Shown in pieces: positions 8,957 to 18,688 of a stretch of 49,613 nt of DNA. Under the pieces are notes generated by a model that saw nothing but the letters and a program-made list of their open reading frames with translations, did no database searches and had not been told where the DNA came from. The stretch lies in IMG/VR virus record IMGVR_UViG_3300024989_000226, positions 1 through 49,613 of that record, one strand, 5' to 3'. Positions within the stretch are counted from its first letter, which is position 1. Every line of letters begins with the position of its first letter. Origin of the DNA: a virus (Duplodnaviria; Caudoviricetes). A program made the position numbers and the translations under genes.

Positions 8957-10275
8957 CCGACATCACACCGTCCGATACCCAGTTCAAGGCGATCGCCGCG
9001 ATCAAGGAGTGGTTCCAGCACGACACCGAGACACAGCAGGTCTTCCGGCTGTTTGGGTACGCGGGTACCGGAAAGTCGACAGTGCTGAAGTTCACCCTCG
9101 AGGAGATGGGCCTCGAGGATCATCGCAGCGGCGATGACACCGGTGGCTGCGTCCCGGGCGTCGTAACCGCCACCTTCACCGGCAAGGCCTCTCTGGTGCT
9201 GCGGCGCAAGGGCACCCCAGCGCGCACCATCCACAGTCTGATCTACAGCGTCATCGAGGCCACCGAGGAGGAGGTGGAGGCCGCCGAGCAGAAGATCGAT
9301 CAGGCCATCGCCGACGCCCACCGGCTCTCCGGCTTCGAACGCACCACCGCCATGGCAACCATCGAGGCCATGCGCCAGGCGGTCTCGCAGATGAAGCGTC
9401 CGCGCTTTGCCGTGAACCCGAAGAGCGACGCGGCGCACGCCAGGCTGATCGTGCTCGATGAGGTCTCCATGGTCGGCGAGGAGATGGCCCGCGACCTGAT
9501 GAGTTTCGGGAAGCCCATTCTCGTGCTCGGCGACCCCGGCCAGTTGCCGCCGATCGAAGAGGCCGGCGCCTTCACCAAGGATGCGCCCGATATCATGCTG
9601 ACCGAGATCCATCGCCAGGCGGCCGAGAGCGCGATCATCCGGCTGGCCACCATGGCGCGGCAGGGCCAGCCGATCGCATTCGGCCAGTATGACCGGCATG
9701 TAGCGAAGATGCGCAAGATGGACGTGACGCCGGAGCAGGCGCTGCGCGGCGGGCAGGTGATCTGCGGCCTCAACGCCACCCGGCTGCAGCTGAACAACGC
9801 CATGCGCCGTGCCGCCGGGTTCGGTGGCAGTTACCTGCCAACCGGGGCTGGCGAGAAGATCATCTGTCTGAAGAACCAGAACGACCTTGGCCTGATCAAC
9901 GGCATGTTCATCACCCTCGACGACATCGTCGACGAGGGCAGCCAATATTTCTCGGCGGCCGTGACGGACGAGGACGGCAATCGCATCGGCCCGCCACAGC
10001 AGGATGGCAGCCGCGGTCGGCTTCGCATCTACAAGGGGCATTTCGAGGACCACGTCGCCTTCGACCGGCACCGGCATGATCGCGACTGGAAGACGAAGCG
10101 CATGCTGACCGAGGCGACCTTCGGCTGGGCGATTACCGGTCACAAGAGCCAGGGCAGCCAGTGGGAGAACGTCGTCGTCTGGGATGACGGCCTCGGGCGC
10201 ACCGAACAGGACCGGCGACGGTGGCTCTACACGGTCATCACCCGGGCCGAACAAGGGCTGGTGATCCTGGCATGA
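8953..10275 (+). CDS. RecD-like superfamily 1 DNA helicase
   Basis: GYAGTGKS, DEVSMV, GDPGQLPP, LTEIHRQ, HKSQGSQW, LYTVITRA. Confidence 0.92.
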   Translation: MTDITPSDTQFKAIAAIKEWFQHDTETQQVFRLFGYAGTGKSTVLKFTLEEMGLEDHRSGDDTGGCVPGVVTATFTGKASLVLRRKGTPARTIHSLIYSVIEATEEEVEAAEQKIDQAIADAHRLSGFERTTAMATIEAMRQAVSQMKRPRFAVNPKSDAAHARLIVLDEVSMVGEEMARDLMSFGKPILVLGDPGQLPPIEEAGAFTKDAPDIMLTEIHRQAAESAIIRLATMARQGQPIAFGQYDRHVAKMRKMDVTPEQALRGGQVICGLNATRLQLNNAMRRAAGFGGSYLPTGAGEKIICLKNQNDLGLINGMFITLDDIVDEGSQYFSAAVTDEDGNRIGPPQQDGSRGRLRIYKGHFEDHVAFDRHRHDRDWKTKRMLTEATFGWAITGHKSQGSQWENVVVWDDGLGRTEQDRRRWLYTVITRAEQGLVILA

Positions 10276-12902
10276 ACGCAGCAACCCCCATCGACACAGC
10301 CCCGTCCGGAGCAGCGCCGTGCATGGTGACCGACAACATGCCGTTCGGCATCGACCTCAACCACGCGACCGACCAGCTTCAGCGCTGGGACCTCGATGAG
10401 ATCCGGCGCCGGCTGGCTGACACGGCGCGCGACTGGCTGCCGGCTCTGTTCCCGGCGGCGCGGAAATCATCGGACGGCAAGACGCTGCGCTGCGCCGATC
10501 TGTCAGGCCGGGCACCGCGGGCCGACGGCTCTTGCGTGATCCATCTCGATGGGCGGTTTGCTGGGTGGGGGTTCGACCACGCCACCGGCGAGAGCGCGGG
10601 GCCGATCGACATGGTCTACCGCGCGACCGGCCTCACCGAGACTAGGCTGTTCGCCGAGGCCGCCCGTCTCGCCCGCCTGGACATGCCGGCGCCCGACACA
10701 CCGCCCCAGCAAGCACGCCCCGACCACAGCCGCGAGATCGCACGCATCCTGGAAGCCTGCCAGCCACTCGCAGCCACCGCGGCAGAGACCTATCTGCGCG
10801 GCCGCGGCCTCGACCTACCCGACAGCCCCGACCTGCTGTTCCACCCGGATCTTGCGGACTTCGAGAGCAAGCGCGGCTGGTGCGGCGTGGTGAGTATCGT
10901 GCGCGACGGCGCCGGCGAGCGGACGGGTGGCATTCATCGCAGCTACCTGCTCGATGACGGATCGGCGAAGGCTCCGCCGGGCAAGAAGATGCTCGGGCCG
11001 GTGGCCGGCGGCAGCGTCAGGCTGACCCCACTCCCCGAAGATGGCCGCATCGGTGTGGCGGAAGGCATCGAGACCGCGCTCTCGGCGATGCGCATCTTTG
11101 GTGTGCCAACCATGGCAGCACTGTCGGCTGATGGCCTGCGGCGCTGGCAATGGCCGGCCGGGACCACGCACGTCACCATCTTCGCCGATGCCGGTGATGC
11201 CGGTATCCAGGCCGCAGCCACGCTGGCCGACCGGCTCAATGTTGTCGGCATCGCGTCATCCATCCAATCCCCCTTACACGGCGACGACTTCAACGACGAC
11301 CTGCAGCATGGCGCATCGGCGGCGGACTACATCGTCGAAGCCGCCGCAGATGGCGCGGCCGTCGAATCTGCCCGCCCTGCCGCTGCCTTGCCGGGGACAG
11401 CCGAGGAGTTGATTGCCGCGGCGGCCACACTCACCAACCCACCGGACATGGCGCCGCTCTCGGCGCTCCTGGGGCAGTTGGTCACGCTGCGGCTCGAACC
11501 GCTGCCGGAGCGCCAGGTGCTCGCCGCCATCAAGACCGCCACCGGCATCGCCGTTTCCATCCTGGAGAAGCAGGTCACCGAGCTGCGGCGGCGGCTCAAC
11601 GCCACCGGCGACGTGACCCGGGCACCAATGCGGCCCCGCTGGTCAGCACTGCTGCGCATGGACATCAACGGCACGCCCGAACGCAACGAAGCCAACGTGA
11701 TCACCGCATTGTCGTTCGATCCGGCGTTTGCCGGCGCGTTGGCATTCGACGAATTGGCGCAGGAGATCATCGCCACCCGACCGCTGCCCTGGGGCGGCCC
11801 CGAGATCAGCCCCCCTCGGCCGTGGGGGGATGCCGATGACGTGCGCTGCGCCGAGTGGCTGCAACGCCACGAGATCAACGTCCCGCCGGTGGTGGTGAGC
11901 CGCAGTGTCGTCGCGGTCGCCCGCAACATCCGCATCCACCCGGTGCGGGACTACCTGACCGGCCTGGCGTGGGACGGCACGCCGCGACTGGACGCCTGGA
12001 CCGTGACCTATCTCGGCGCCGAGGATACCAAGCTGCACCGCGCCATGGGCGCGATGTGGATGATCTCGGCAGTCGCCCGGATCATGCGTCCGGGCGTCAA
12101 GGCCGATCACATGCTGATCCTGGAGGGGCCACAGGGGATCAGGAAGTCGACCGCGCTCAAGGTGCTCGCATCGGACGCCTGGTTCACAGATGAGTTGGCC
12201 GAGCTTGGATCGAAGGACGCGGCGCAACAGATGCGCGGCGTGTGGATCATCGAGATGGCCGAGCTCGACGCCATCGGGCGGGCTGAGGTGTCCAGGATCA
12301 AGGCATTCCTCACCCGCACCACCGACCGCTACCGGCCGCCATACGAGCGCTACCTGGTCACGGTGCCGCGGCAATGCGTGTTCGCCGGCAGCGTGAACCC
12401 CGACACCTATCTGCGCGATGAGACCGGCAATCGCCGCTTCTGGCCGGTCCGCTGTGGCGAGATCGACCTCGATAGCCTGCGCCGGGATCGTGACCAACTC
12501 TGGGCCGAGGCGGTCGTCCGGTTCAATGCGGGAGCGACCTGGTGGCTGGAAGATCGGGATTTGGTCGGCCATGCCGCCGCCGCACAGGAAGCGCGCGTTC
12601 AGACCGACGCCTGGGACAGCCTGATCGAGCGCTGGCTGGTCTCCGAAAAGCGGCGCGTGAATGTCGGCTTCGGTCCCTACGAGGACTGGCGCGACGAATA
12701 CGTGCCGCGATCGCGGCCGCTCAAGGACGTGTCGGTCGGTGAGGTCTTGGAGCAGGCACTCGGCATCGAGCCGGCGAAATGGACAAAGGGCGACCAGATG
12801 CGGGTCGGCACCTTCCTCAAGGCAAAGAAATGGGTGCGCTATCGCACCACTGGCAGACCGCGTGAATGGCGCTACGAGGCGCCGGCAGAAGTGCTGCTGT
12901 GA
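10272..12902 (+). CDS. Primase (Toprim) fused to a VirE/VapE-type helicase
   Basis: GVAEGIETALS and IFADAGDAG (Toprim); LEGPQGIRKST and LRDETGNRRFWPV (VirE). Confidence 0.9.
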   Translation: MNAATPIDTAPSGAAPCMVTDNMPFGIDLNHATDQLQRWDLDEIRRRLADTARDWLPALFPAARKSSDGKTLRCADLSGRAPRADGSCVIHLDGRFAGWGFDHATGESAGPIDMVYRATGLTETRLFAEAARLARLDMPAPDTPPQQARPDHSREIARILEACQPLAATAAETYLRGRGLDLPDSPDLLFHPDLADFESKRGWCGVVSIVRDGAGERTGGIHRSYLLDDGSAKAPPGKKMLGPVAGGSVRLTPLPEDGRIGVAEGIETALSAMRIFGVPTMAALSADGLRRWQWPAGTTHVTIFADAGDAGIQAAATLADRLNVVGIASSIQSPLHGDDFNDDLQHGASAADYIVEAAADGAAVESARPAAALPGTAEELIAAAATLTNPPDMAPLSALLGQLVTLRLEPLPERQVLAAIKTATGIAVSILEKQVTELRRRLNATGDVTRAPMRPRWSALLRMDINGTPERNEANVITALSFDPAFAGALAFDELAQEIIATRPLPWGGPEISPPRPWGDADDVRCAEWLQRHEINVPPVVVSRSVVAVARNIRIHPVRDYLTGLAWDGTPRLDAWTVTYLGAEDTKLHRAMGAMWMISAVARIMRPGVKADHMLILEGPQGIRKSTALKVLASDAWFTDELAELGSKDAAQQMRGVWIIEMAELDAIGRAEVSRIKAFLTRTTDRYRPPYERYLVTVPRQCVFAGSVNPDTYLRDETGNRRFWPVRCGEIDLDSLRRDRDQLWAEAVVRFNAGATWWLEDRDLVGHAAAAQEARVQTDAWDSLIERWLVSEKRRVNVGFGPYEDWRDEYVPRSRPLKDVSVGEVLEQALGIEPAKWTKGDQMRVGTFLKAKKWVRYRTTGRPREWRYEAPAEVLL

Positions 12903-12912
12903 TGCGCGGTTG

Positions 12913-13194
12913 GTCCCACCGTCCCACTCCGGGCGCCGGGCGCTTCTTGGTGGGACACGCTGAATTCGAGGCCAACCGCGGAGGCGCGGTGATCTGTCCC
13001 ACTGTCCCACCTGTCCTACTAGGTATGAAACCTAGATTCGGAGAGGGAGGCAGGAGAGGGAAATACATGTTTCCCTATATAGGGTTTGGGCACATGGGTC
13101 CGGCTGGGACAGGCGAGACAGTTCCAACTAATAATCGGAATTTGCTCAACAATTCCTGTCCCACTGGAAAATCCAAGGCCGGACGAGGTGGGGC
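12913..13194. repeat. Cluster of GTCCCAC/GTGGGAC repeats and palindromes, putative replication origin
   Basis: GTCCCAC at 12913, 12921, 12996, 13004 and 13158; GTGGGAC at 12950; perfect palindrome CCCTATATAGGG at 13073-13084. Confidence 0.6.
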
Positions 13195-13353
13195 AGGCGA
13201 GCCGCGATCTCCTGCGGGTCGCGCTCCAACCGCGACGGGTCCGCCACGACCTTGATGCGCCATAGCAATCCATGCGGACGACGACGGCGAGCTCCGCCAA
13301 GAACCGCGCCGTCGTCGCCCTGACCACGCCGTTCCCCCTCTCAGGAGATCACC

Positions 13354-13905
13354 ATGGCTTCCGCGACTCTGATCGTCCCTACGGCCGGCGCAAGTGTGCC
13401 GCGCATCCCCATCGCTCTGCCGCCGGTCGGCACCGGCACCACCTCCGTGCTCGCCCTCGATCTCGGCACCGCCACCGGCTGGGCGCTACGCGGCCGCGAC
13501 GACCGCATCACTTCGGGCACCATCACCTTCCGCACCAGCCGCTTCGAGGGCGGCGGCATGCGCTACCTGCGCTTCCAGAACTGGCTCGGCCAGATCGCCC
13601 GGCTGGCCGGACCGATCGACCGCGTGGTGTTCGAGGAGGTCCGCCGCCACGCCAGTACGGATAGCTCTCACGTTTACGGCGGCTTCTTGGCAACCATGAC
13701 GGCCTGGTGCGAGCAGCGCGAGACAGCCTACCAGGGCGTACCGGTCGGCACCATCAAGCGCTTCGCCACTGGCCGCGGCAATGCCGACAAGACCGCGGTT
13801 ATCGCGGCGATCCGCCTTCGTGGCTTCAATCCGTCGGATGACAATGAGGCGGACGCGCTGGCCATCCTGCTGTGGGCGATTGAGACGCAGGGAGGAGTGG
13901 CATGA
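13354..13905 (+). CDS. RuvC-like Holliday junction resolvase
   Basis: LALDLGTATGWA, VVFEEV, DDNEADALA; AGGAG RBS. Confidence 0.85.
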   Translation: MASATLIVPTAGASVPRIPIALPPVGTGTTSVLALDLGTATGWALRGRDDRITSGTITFRTSRFEGGGMRYLRFQNWLGQIARLAGPIDRVVFEEVRRHASTDSSHVYGGFLATMTAWCEQRETAYQGVPVGTIKRFATGRGNADKTAVIAAIRLRGFNPSDDNEADALAILLWAIETQGGVA

Positions 13906-14456
13906 GCGACGTGCTATCGGACAAATTGTGCCCTGACGCATCGATCTGTGAATGGCGCCCGATCCCGGGCTGGCCCGAATACGAAGTTTCCGAGCACGGT
14001 AGCTTGCGCCGCGCTCACGGCAGGAAAGGCGCAAGGCCAGGGCATGCGCTGAAGCCCTGGCGCAATAAACATACGGGGTACCTCCAGATCTCGCTTTGGC
14101 GAGGAAATCAGGATTTCCGCACGACCGTCCACCGGATCGTCGCGCTGGCGTTCATCGGTCAGGCGCCTTCGTCCAAACACGTGGTCGCCCACAATGACGG
14201 CAGTCGAGAGAACAATCACTGGACCAATCTACGTTGGGCCACCCAGCGCGAGAACATGGCCGATACGGCGCGGCACGGCACGCACAACCGTGGCAGCCGG
14301 AACGGCCAAGCCAAGATCGACGAGGTCTGCGCGCTGGCCATCCGCAAGATGGTGGCGATGAACGTCCCACGCTCGGTCGCCGCTGAGGGCTTCGGAGTTT
14401 GCCGGCAGACGGTCGACGACATTGTGAGCAAGCGGCGATGGAGGCACGTGCGATGA
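13902..14456 (+). CDS. NUMOD4-HNH homing-type endonuclease
   Basis: EWRPIPGWPEYEVSEHG (NUMOD4); VHRIVALAF, VAHNDGSRENNHWTNLRWAT (HNH). Confidence 0.9.
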   Translation: MSDVLSDKLCPDASICEWRPIPGWPEYEVSEHGSLRRAHGRKGARPGHALKPWRNKHTGYLQISLWRGNQDFRTTVHRIVALAFIGQAPSSKHVVAHNDGSRENNHWTNLRWATQRENMADTARHGTHNRGSRNGQAKIDEVCALAIRKMVAMNVPRSVAAEGFGVCRQTVDDIVSKRRWRHVR

Positions 14457-14680
14457 GCCTCTACGGCGCTCCGCGGCCGCCCCGGTCCTGCCTGGACCGG
14501 GGAGCCACCCCGACCTACCCCTGGGCACTCGATGCCATGCGCCGACAGGCCTGGCTGCAGCACGGCGTGGCTGCACTCAGCATCGCGGACATCACCGATC
14601 CCTGGTTGCGCCAGGCGATCACCAACGAGGCCACGCGGCGCTGGGGACCGCGCAACGGAGGACAGCACCATGGCCGGTAA
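14453..14680 (+). CDS. Small hypothetical protein
   Basis: ATGA-coupled start MSLYGAP; 75 aa. Confidence 0.65.
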   Translation: MSLYGAPRPPRSCLDRGATPTYPWALDAMRRQAWLQHGVAALSIADITDPWLRQAITNEATRRWGPRNGGQHHGR

Positions 14681-15224
14681 GCGCACTCGCAAGAACACCA
14701 CATCGCGTCGTGATGGCCTGGCCAAGCCCAGCGCTTGGCGGCTGCAGCATGGCAACTTCCATCCACCGAGCTACGACACAGACCCGGACACCGGGATCGT
14801 TGTGGCGCATCGGCGTGCGGTGGACAGCATCAGTCTGATGCTCGCCAATGGCACGATCACGCGGGAGATGCACGATGCTGGCACGATCTTTCGCGAGCTG
14901 TTCCGCACGGCGGCGCTGGACCGCATGGCGACGTCACAGCTGGAGCGCGTCGCTGGCGGCGGCACCGACGTGCTCTCGGTCCGTCAGGCCGACGCACGGC
15001 GTCGCATTGCCGCCGCGATGGACGCACTCGGCGGGCATGACAGCCCCGCAGGCTCCTGTGCCTGGTTCGTCCTCGGCCTCGAGTTCTCGCTGCGGACATG
15101 GGCAACACGGCAAGGCTGGGGCGGACGCTACGTCCATGGTCCGGTGGCGCAAGGCATGGTGGTCGCAGCCCTCGGCACACTGGCGATGCATTTCGGGTTG
15201 ACCCCACGCTCGCAAGCAGCCTGA
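14670..15224 (+). CDS. DUF6456-like protein, possible late-gene regulator
   Basis: GGAGG RBS; last gene before the late/cos intergenic region; HTH-like C-terminus. Confidence 0.65.
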   Translation: MAGKRTRKNTTSRRDGLAKPSAWRLQHGNFHPPSYDTDPDTGIVVAHRRAVDSISLMLANGTITREMHDAGTIFRELFRTAALDRMATSQLERVAGGGTDVLSVRQADARRRIAAAMDALGGHDSPAGSCAWFVLGLEFSLRTWATRQGWGGRYVHGPVAQGMVVAALGTLAMHFGLTPRSQAA

Positions 15225-15387
15225 CGCACGGACGCGAGGCGGTAACAGCCGCCCCGCGTTCCTGTTACAATTCACCCCCTGGCAGCGCGCGAATCGATGA
15301 TTGTATGATGTGGATACGTAGAGAAGCTGTAACGACGGTGGCGCACCAGCCACAGTGGCTCTTGAGCCACTTCGTTGCCAAACTCAT

Positions 15388-15429
15388 GGTTCCTTCCCGG
15401 CAGGATCGTATGCGGGGGGCCAGCGCGCG
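15388..15429 (+). other. Candidate lambda-like cos site (cosQ/cosN-like)
   Basis: GGTTCCTTCCCGG...ATGCGGGGGGCCAGCGCGCG resembles lambda GGGTCCTTTCCGG...TTACGGGGCGGCGACCTCGCG; the phage has a GpA-type terminase. Confidence 0.5.
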
Positions 15430-15500
15430 ATAGGTCGCTAGCGTCAGCCCGCAAATTTGGTTCGCAGTTCGCAGCCACACCCATAATTCGGATGGTGCCC

Positions 15501-17015
15501 ATGCCGCTCCCCTGGATGGCAGCGAAGATCCTGCTGCGCCCGGCGGCCGACCTGCGTCCGCACGCCGGCAACGCGCGGGTGCACTCGGCGGAGCAGCTGG
15601 AGCAGATCAAGGCCAGCATGCTGGCCTTCGGTTTCACCAACCCGCTGCTGGTCGACGAGGACGGCGTGCTGATCGCCGGCCACGGCCGGCTGGAGGCGGC
15701 GCTGGCGCTCGGCATCGCCAAGGCGCCGGTGATCGTGCTGAAGCACCTCGGCTCCGCGCAGAAGGAGGCGCTGCGTCTGGCCGACAACCGCATCGCCGAG
15801 AATGCGACCTGGGACCAGGCGCTGCTGCGCGACGCGCTGGCCGGGTTGCAGCAGGCCGGCGAGATCGACCTGCTGGCGATCGGCTTCTCAGGCGACGAGA
15901 TCGGCGCCATCCTGGCCGCGGCGCAAGAGGCCGTCACCGATGGCGACGCGCCGGCGGACCAGGACAGCACCGATCACGACGCGGAGGCCGGCGCTGATGG
16001 CGCCGATGCCGGAGATACGGCGGGTGCTACTGCCGCCGACGAGCCGGCTGATCCGGCCGATGCCGAACCGGAACCGCCGCGGGCCGCAGTCACGCGCCCC
16101 GGCGATCTGTGGCGGCTCGGCGATCACCGCCTGCTGTGCGGCGACAGCACCGACGCCGCGTCCGTCGCCCGCATCATGGGCGAAGACCGCGCGGCGCTGC
16201 TGTTCACCAGCCCGCCCTACGGCAACCAGCGCGACTACACCACCGGCGGCATCACCGATTGGGACGCGCTGATGCGCGGCGTCTGCCAGCATTTGCCGGC
16301 GGTGCTGGCGGAGGACGGCCAGGCGCTGGTCAATCTCGGCCTGATCCACCGCGATGGCGAGTGGCAGCCGTACTGGCAGGGCTGGCTGGACTGGATGCGC
16401 AGCGCTGGCTGGCGCCGCTTCGGCTGGTATGTGTGGGACCAGGGGCCGGGCCTGCCCGGCGACTGGAATGGCAGGCTGGCGCCGTCCTTCGAGTTCGTCT
16501 TCCACTTCAACCGTACCGCCCGCCAGGCCAACAAGATCATCCCCTGCCGCTGGGCCGGGCACGTCAACAGCGAGAAAGGCGGGCTGCGAGCGAAGGACGG
16601 CACGGTGGGTGAATGGACCCATGCCGGCCAGGGCGTGCAGGAGATGCGTATCCCCGACAACGTGCTGCGCATCACCCGCCACAAGGCCCGCGGCATCGAG
16701 ACCGAGCACCCCGCCGTGTTCCCGGTGAAGCTGCCGGAGTTCCTGATGCGCGCCTACGCCGACGAGGAGGATGTGGTGTTCGAGCCGTTCGCCGGCTCCG
16801 GCACCACGCTCATCGCCGGCCAGCGCGTCGGACGCAGGGTGCGGGCGATCGAATTGGCGCCGGCCTATGTCGACCTGGCGATCGCACGCTGGCGGATGCT
16901 GTTCCCGGAGATCCCGGTCACCCTGGAGGGTGACGGGCGGGATTACGACGCCATCGCCGCGGCGCGCGGCGTGCCAGCAGTGGCGATGGCGATGGAGGCG
17001 GCCGATGCAGCCTGA
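15501..17015 (+). CDS. ParB-like N-terminal domain fused to a beta-class DNA methyltransferase (SPPY)
   Basis: NARVHS..FGFTNPLLVD..IAGHGRL; FTSPPY, HPAVFP, FEPFAGSGTT. Confidence 0.9.
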   Translation: MPLPWMAAKILLRPAADLRPHAGNARVHSAEQLEQIKASMLAFGFTNPLLVDEDGVLIAGHGRLEAALALGIAKAPVIVLKHLGSAQKEALRLADNRIAENATWDQALLRDALAGLQQAGEIDLLAIGFSGDEIGAILAAAQEAVTDGDAPADQDSTDHDAEAGADGADAGDTAGATAADEPADPADAEPEPPRAAVTRPGDLWRLGDHRLLCGDSTDAASVARIMGEDRAALLFTSPPYGNQRDYTTGGITDWDALMRGVCQHLPAVLAEDGQALVNLGLIHRDGEWQPYWQGWLDWMRSAGWRRFGWYVWDQGPGLPGDWNGRLAPSFEFVFHFNRTARQANKIIPCRWAGHVNSEKGGLRAKDGTVGEWTHAGQGVQEMRIPDNVLRITRHKARGIETEHPAVFPVKLPEFLMRAYADEEDVVFEPFAGSGTTLIAGQRVGRRVRAIELAPAYVDLAIARWRMLFPEIPVTLEGDGRDYDAIAAARGVPAVAMAMEAADAA

Positions 17016-18333
17016 GTTGCAGGTGGCCACGCTGCCGGTCGCGGCACTGGTGCCGTATGCCGAGAACGCCCGCACCCACTCCGACGCCCAGGTGGCGCAG
17101 ATCGCTGCCTCGATCGCCCAGTTCGGCTTCGTGAACCCGGTGCTGGTGGATGCCGCGGGCGTGCTGGTGGCCGGCCATGGTCGGGTGCTGGCGGCCAAGC
17201 GCCTCGGCATGGCGACCGTGCCGGCGATCCGGCTGCAACACCTGACCGAGGCGCAGGCGCGCGCGCTGCGGCTGGCGGACAACCAGATTGCGCTCAACTC
17301 CGGCTGGGATGAGGCGCTGCTCGCCGCCGAGATTGCCCGGATCCGCGAGGATGGCGTGGTCGATCTGGACGTGCTCGGCTTCTCCGGGCTGGAACTCGAC
17401 CAGTTGCTGGCCGCGGCGGCAGGTGGTGACGCCGATGCCGCCGACGATGCCCCGCCGCCGCCCGCCGTGCCGGTCTCGCGGACCGGCGACCTCTGGCGCT
17501 GCGGCGAGCACCGTGTGCTGTGCGGTGACGCCACCAAGTTGGAGGATGTGCAGCGTGCGCTGGGCGCCGACCGCCTTGCGGACATGGGGTTCCTCGATCC
17601 GCCCTATAATGTCGCCTACGAGGGCGGCACTGCGGCCAAGATGACCATCGCCAATGACGCGCTCGGCGGCGGCTTCGCGGACTTCCTGCGGCCGGCGCTG
17701 GCCAACCTGCTCTCGGTTACCAAGGGTGCCTGTTACGTCTGCATGTCCTCGTCGGAATGGCCGACGCTGCATCGCGTCTGGCAGGATGCCGGTGGCAAAT
17801 GGTCGAGCACCATCATCTGGGCGAAGAACACGTTTGCGCTCGGCAGGGCTGACTACCACCAGCAATTCGAGGCGATGCTCTATGGCTGGAAGTCGGGCAG
17901 CCAGCACTATTGGTGCGGCGCCCGCGACCAGGGCAACGTCTGGCACTTCGACAAGCCGGCGCGCAACGACCTGCATCCGACCATGAAGCCGGTGGCGCTG
18001 GTCGAGCGGGCCATCCGCAACAGCAGCAAGCAGCGCGACACCGTGCTGGACCCGTTCGGCGGCTCCGGCACCACCATGGTCGCCGCGGAGCGGACCGGGC
18101 GGCGCGCGGTGTTGCTGGAGATCGACCCCTGCTACGTCGATGTCATCGTGCGGCGCTGGCAGGACGCGGCCGGGGAGACTGCCGTGCTGGAGGGTGAGGG
18201 CCGGACCTTCGACGACATCGCCGCCACCCGCGCGGCCTCGAACGCCGCCGCAGCCGCGGGCCAGTTGTCGTCTGTCGCACCGGCGAGCCCGCGCAGCGGC
18301 GTCAGCACCGGCGCCGCACGACGCGCCCAGTAA
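17005..18333 (+). CDS. Second ParB-like + beta-class DNA methyltransferase (DPPY, probably m6A)
   Basis: NARTHS..FGFVNPVLVD..AGHGRV; FLDPPYNV, HPTMKPV, LDPFGGSGTT; GGAGG RBS. Confidence 0.9.
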   Translation: MQPELQVATLPVAALVPYAENARTHSDAQVAQIAASIAQFGFVNPVLVDAAGVLVAGHGRVLAAKRLGMATVPAIRLQHLTEAQARALRLADNQIALNSGWDEALLAAEIARIREDGVVDLDVLGFSGLELDQLLAAAAGGDADAADDAPPPPAVPVSRTGDLWRCGEHRVLCGDATKLEDVQRALGADRLADMGFLDPPYNVAYEGGTAAKMTIANDALGGGFADFLRPALANLLSVTKGACYVCMSSSEWPTLHRVWQDAGGKWSSTIIWAKNTFALGRADYHQQFEAMLYGWKSGSQHYWCGARDQGNVWHFDKPARNDLHPTMKPVALVERAIRNSSKQRDTVLDPFGGSGTTMVAAERTGRRAVLLEIDPCYVDVIVRRWQDAAGETAVLEGEGRTFDDIAATRAASNAAAAAGQLSSVAPASPRSGVSTGAARRAQ

Positions 18334-18488
18334 TCGCCGTCCAGGATGACATACCAGCCCGCCAGCCCGGCCGCCGCGAGGCCGGCGGCGGCGCGCGCCA
18401 CCTCCGCCTCGCTGGGGGTGGCGGCGCGGCCAAGGGTCACATGGCGGCCATCGGTGGCGAGGATGATCCAGCGCCGCTCGGCGGCCAT
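18132..18488 (-). CDS. Hypothetical protein with its 3' end overlapping the methyltransferase
   Basis: Start MAAERRWIILATDGRHVTLGR follows GGAGG. Confidence 0.55.
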   Translation of the reverse strand: MAAERRWIILATDGRHVTLGRAATPSEAEVARAAAGLAAAGLAGWYVILDGDYWARRAAPVLTPLRGLAGATDDNWPAAAAAFEAARVAAMSSKVRPSPSSTAVSPAASCQRRTMTST

Positions 18489-18490
18489 GG

Positions 18491-18688
18491 TCAGCCCTCC
18501 TCCTGCGCGGCGCGCCAGGTGGCGTACTCGACGGTCGCCCAGATCGCGCGGCCACCGGCGGCAGTGCAGACCTGGATCGTCGGGCGGCCGGCGCTGTCGG
18601 CGCCGCGCGGTGCGGTGGCGAGCAGCATGGTCCAGTCGGCCTGGCTGGCAGGGCCGCTCGGCGTCTGGTGTGGGAGGGGCTGCGTCAT
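18491..18688 (-). CDS. Small hypothetical protein
   Basis: Start MTQPLP follows GGAGA; lies downstream of the repeated promoter-like motif. Confidence 0.6.
   Translation of the reverse strand: MTQPLPHQTPSGPASQADWTMLLATAPRGADSAGRPTIQVCTAAGGRAIWATVEYATWRAAQEEG

Noticed and set aside
8926-10284. Long antisense ORFs over core genes (also 11643-13010, 15888-17585, 16918-18555, 21520-23019, 25736-27265, 35424-36896)
   Set aside because: Shadow ORFs expected in high-GC DNA; the opposite strand carries recognisable motifs.
12903-13353. Possible CRISPR array, given the nearby Cas4-like gene
   Set aside because: Repeats are only 7 bp, irregularly spaced and in both orientations; there is no repeat-spacer periodicity and no cas operon.
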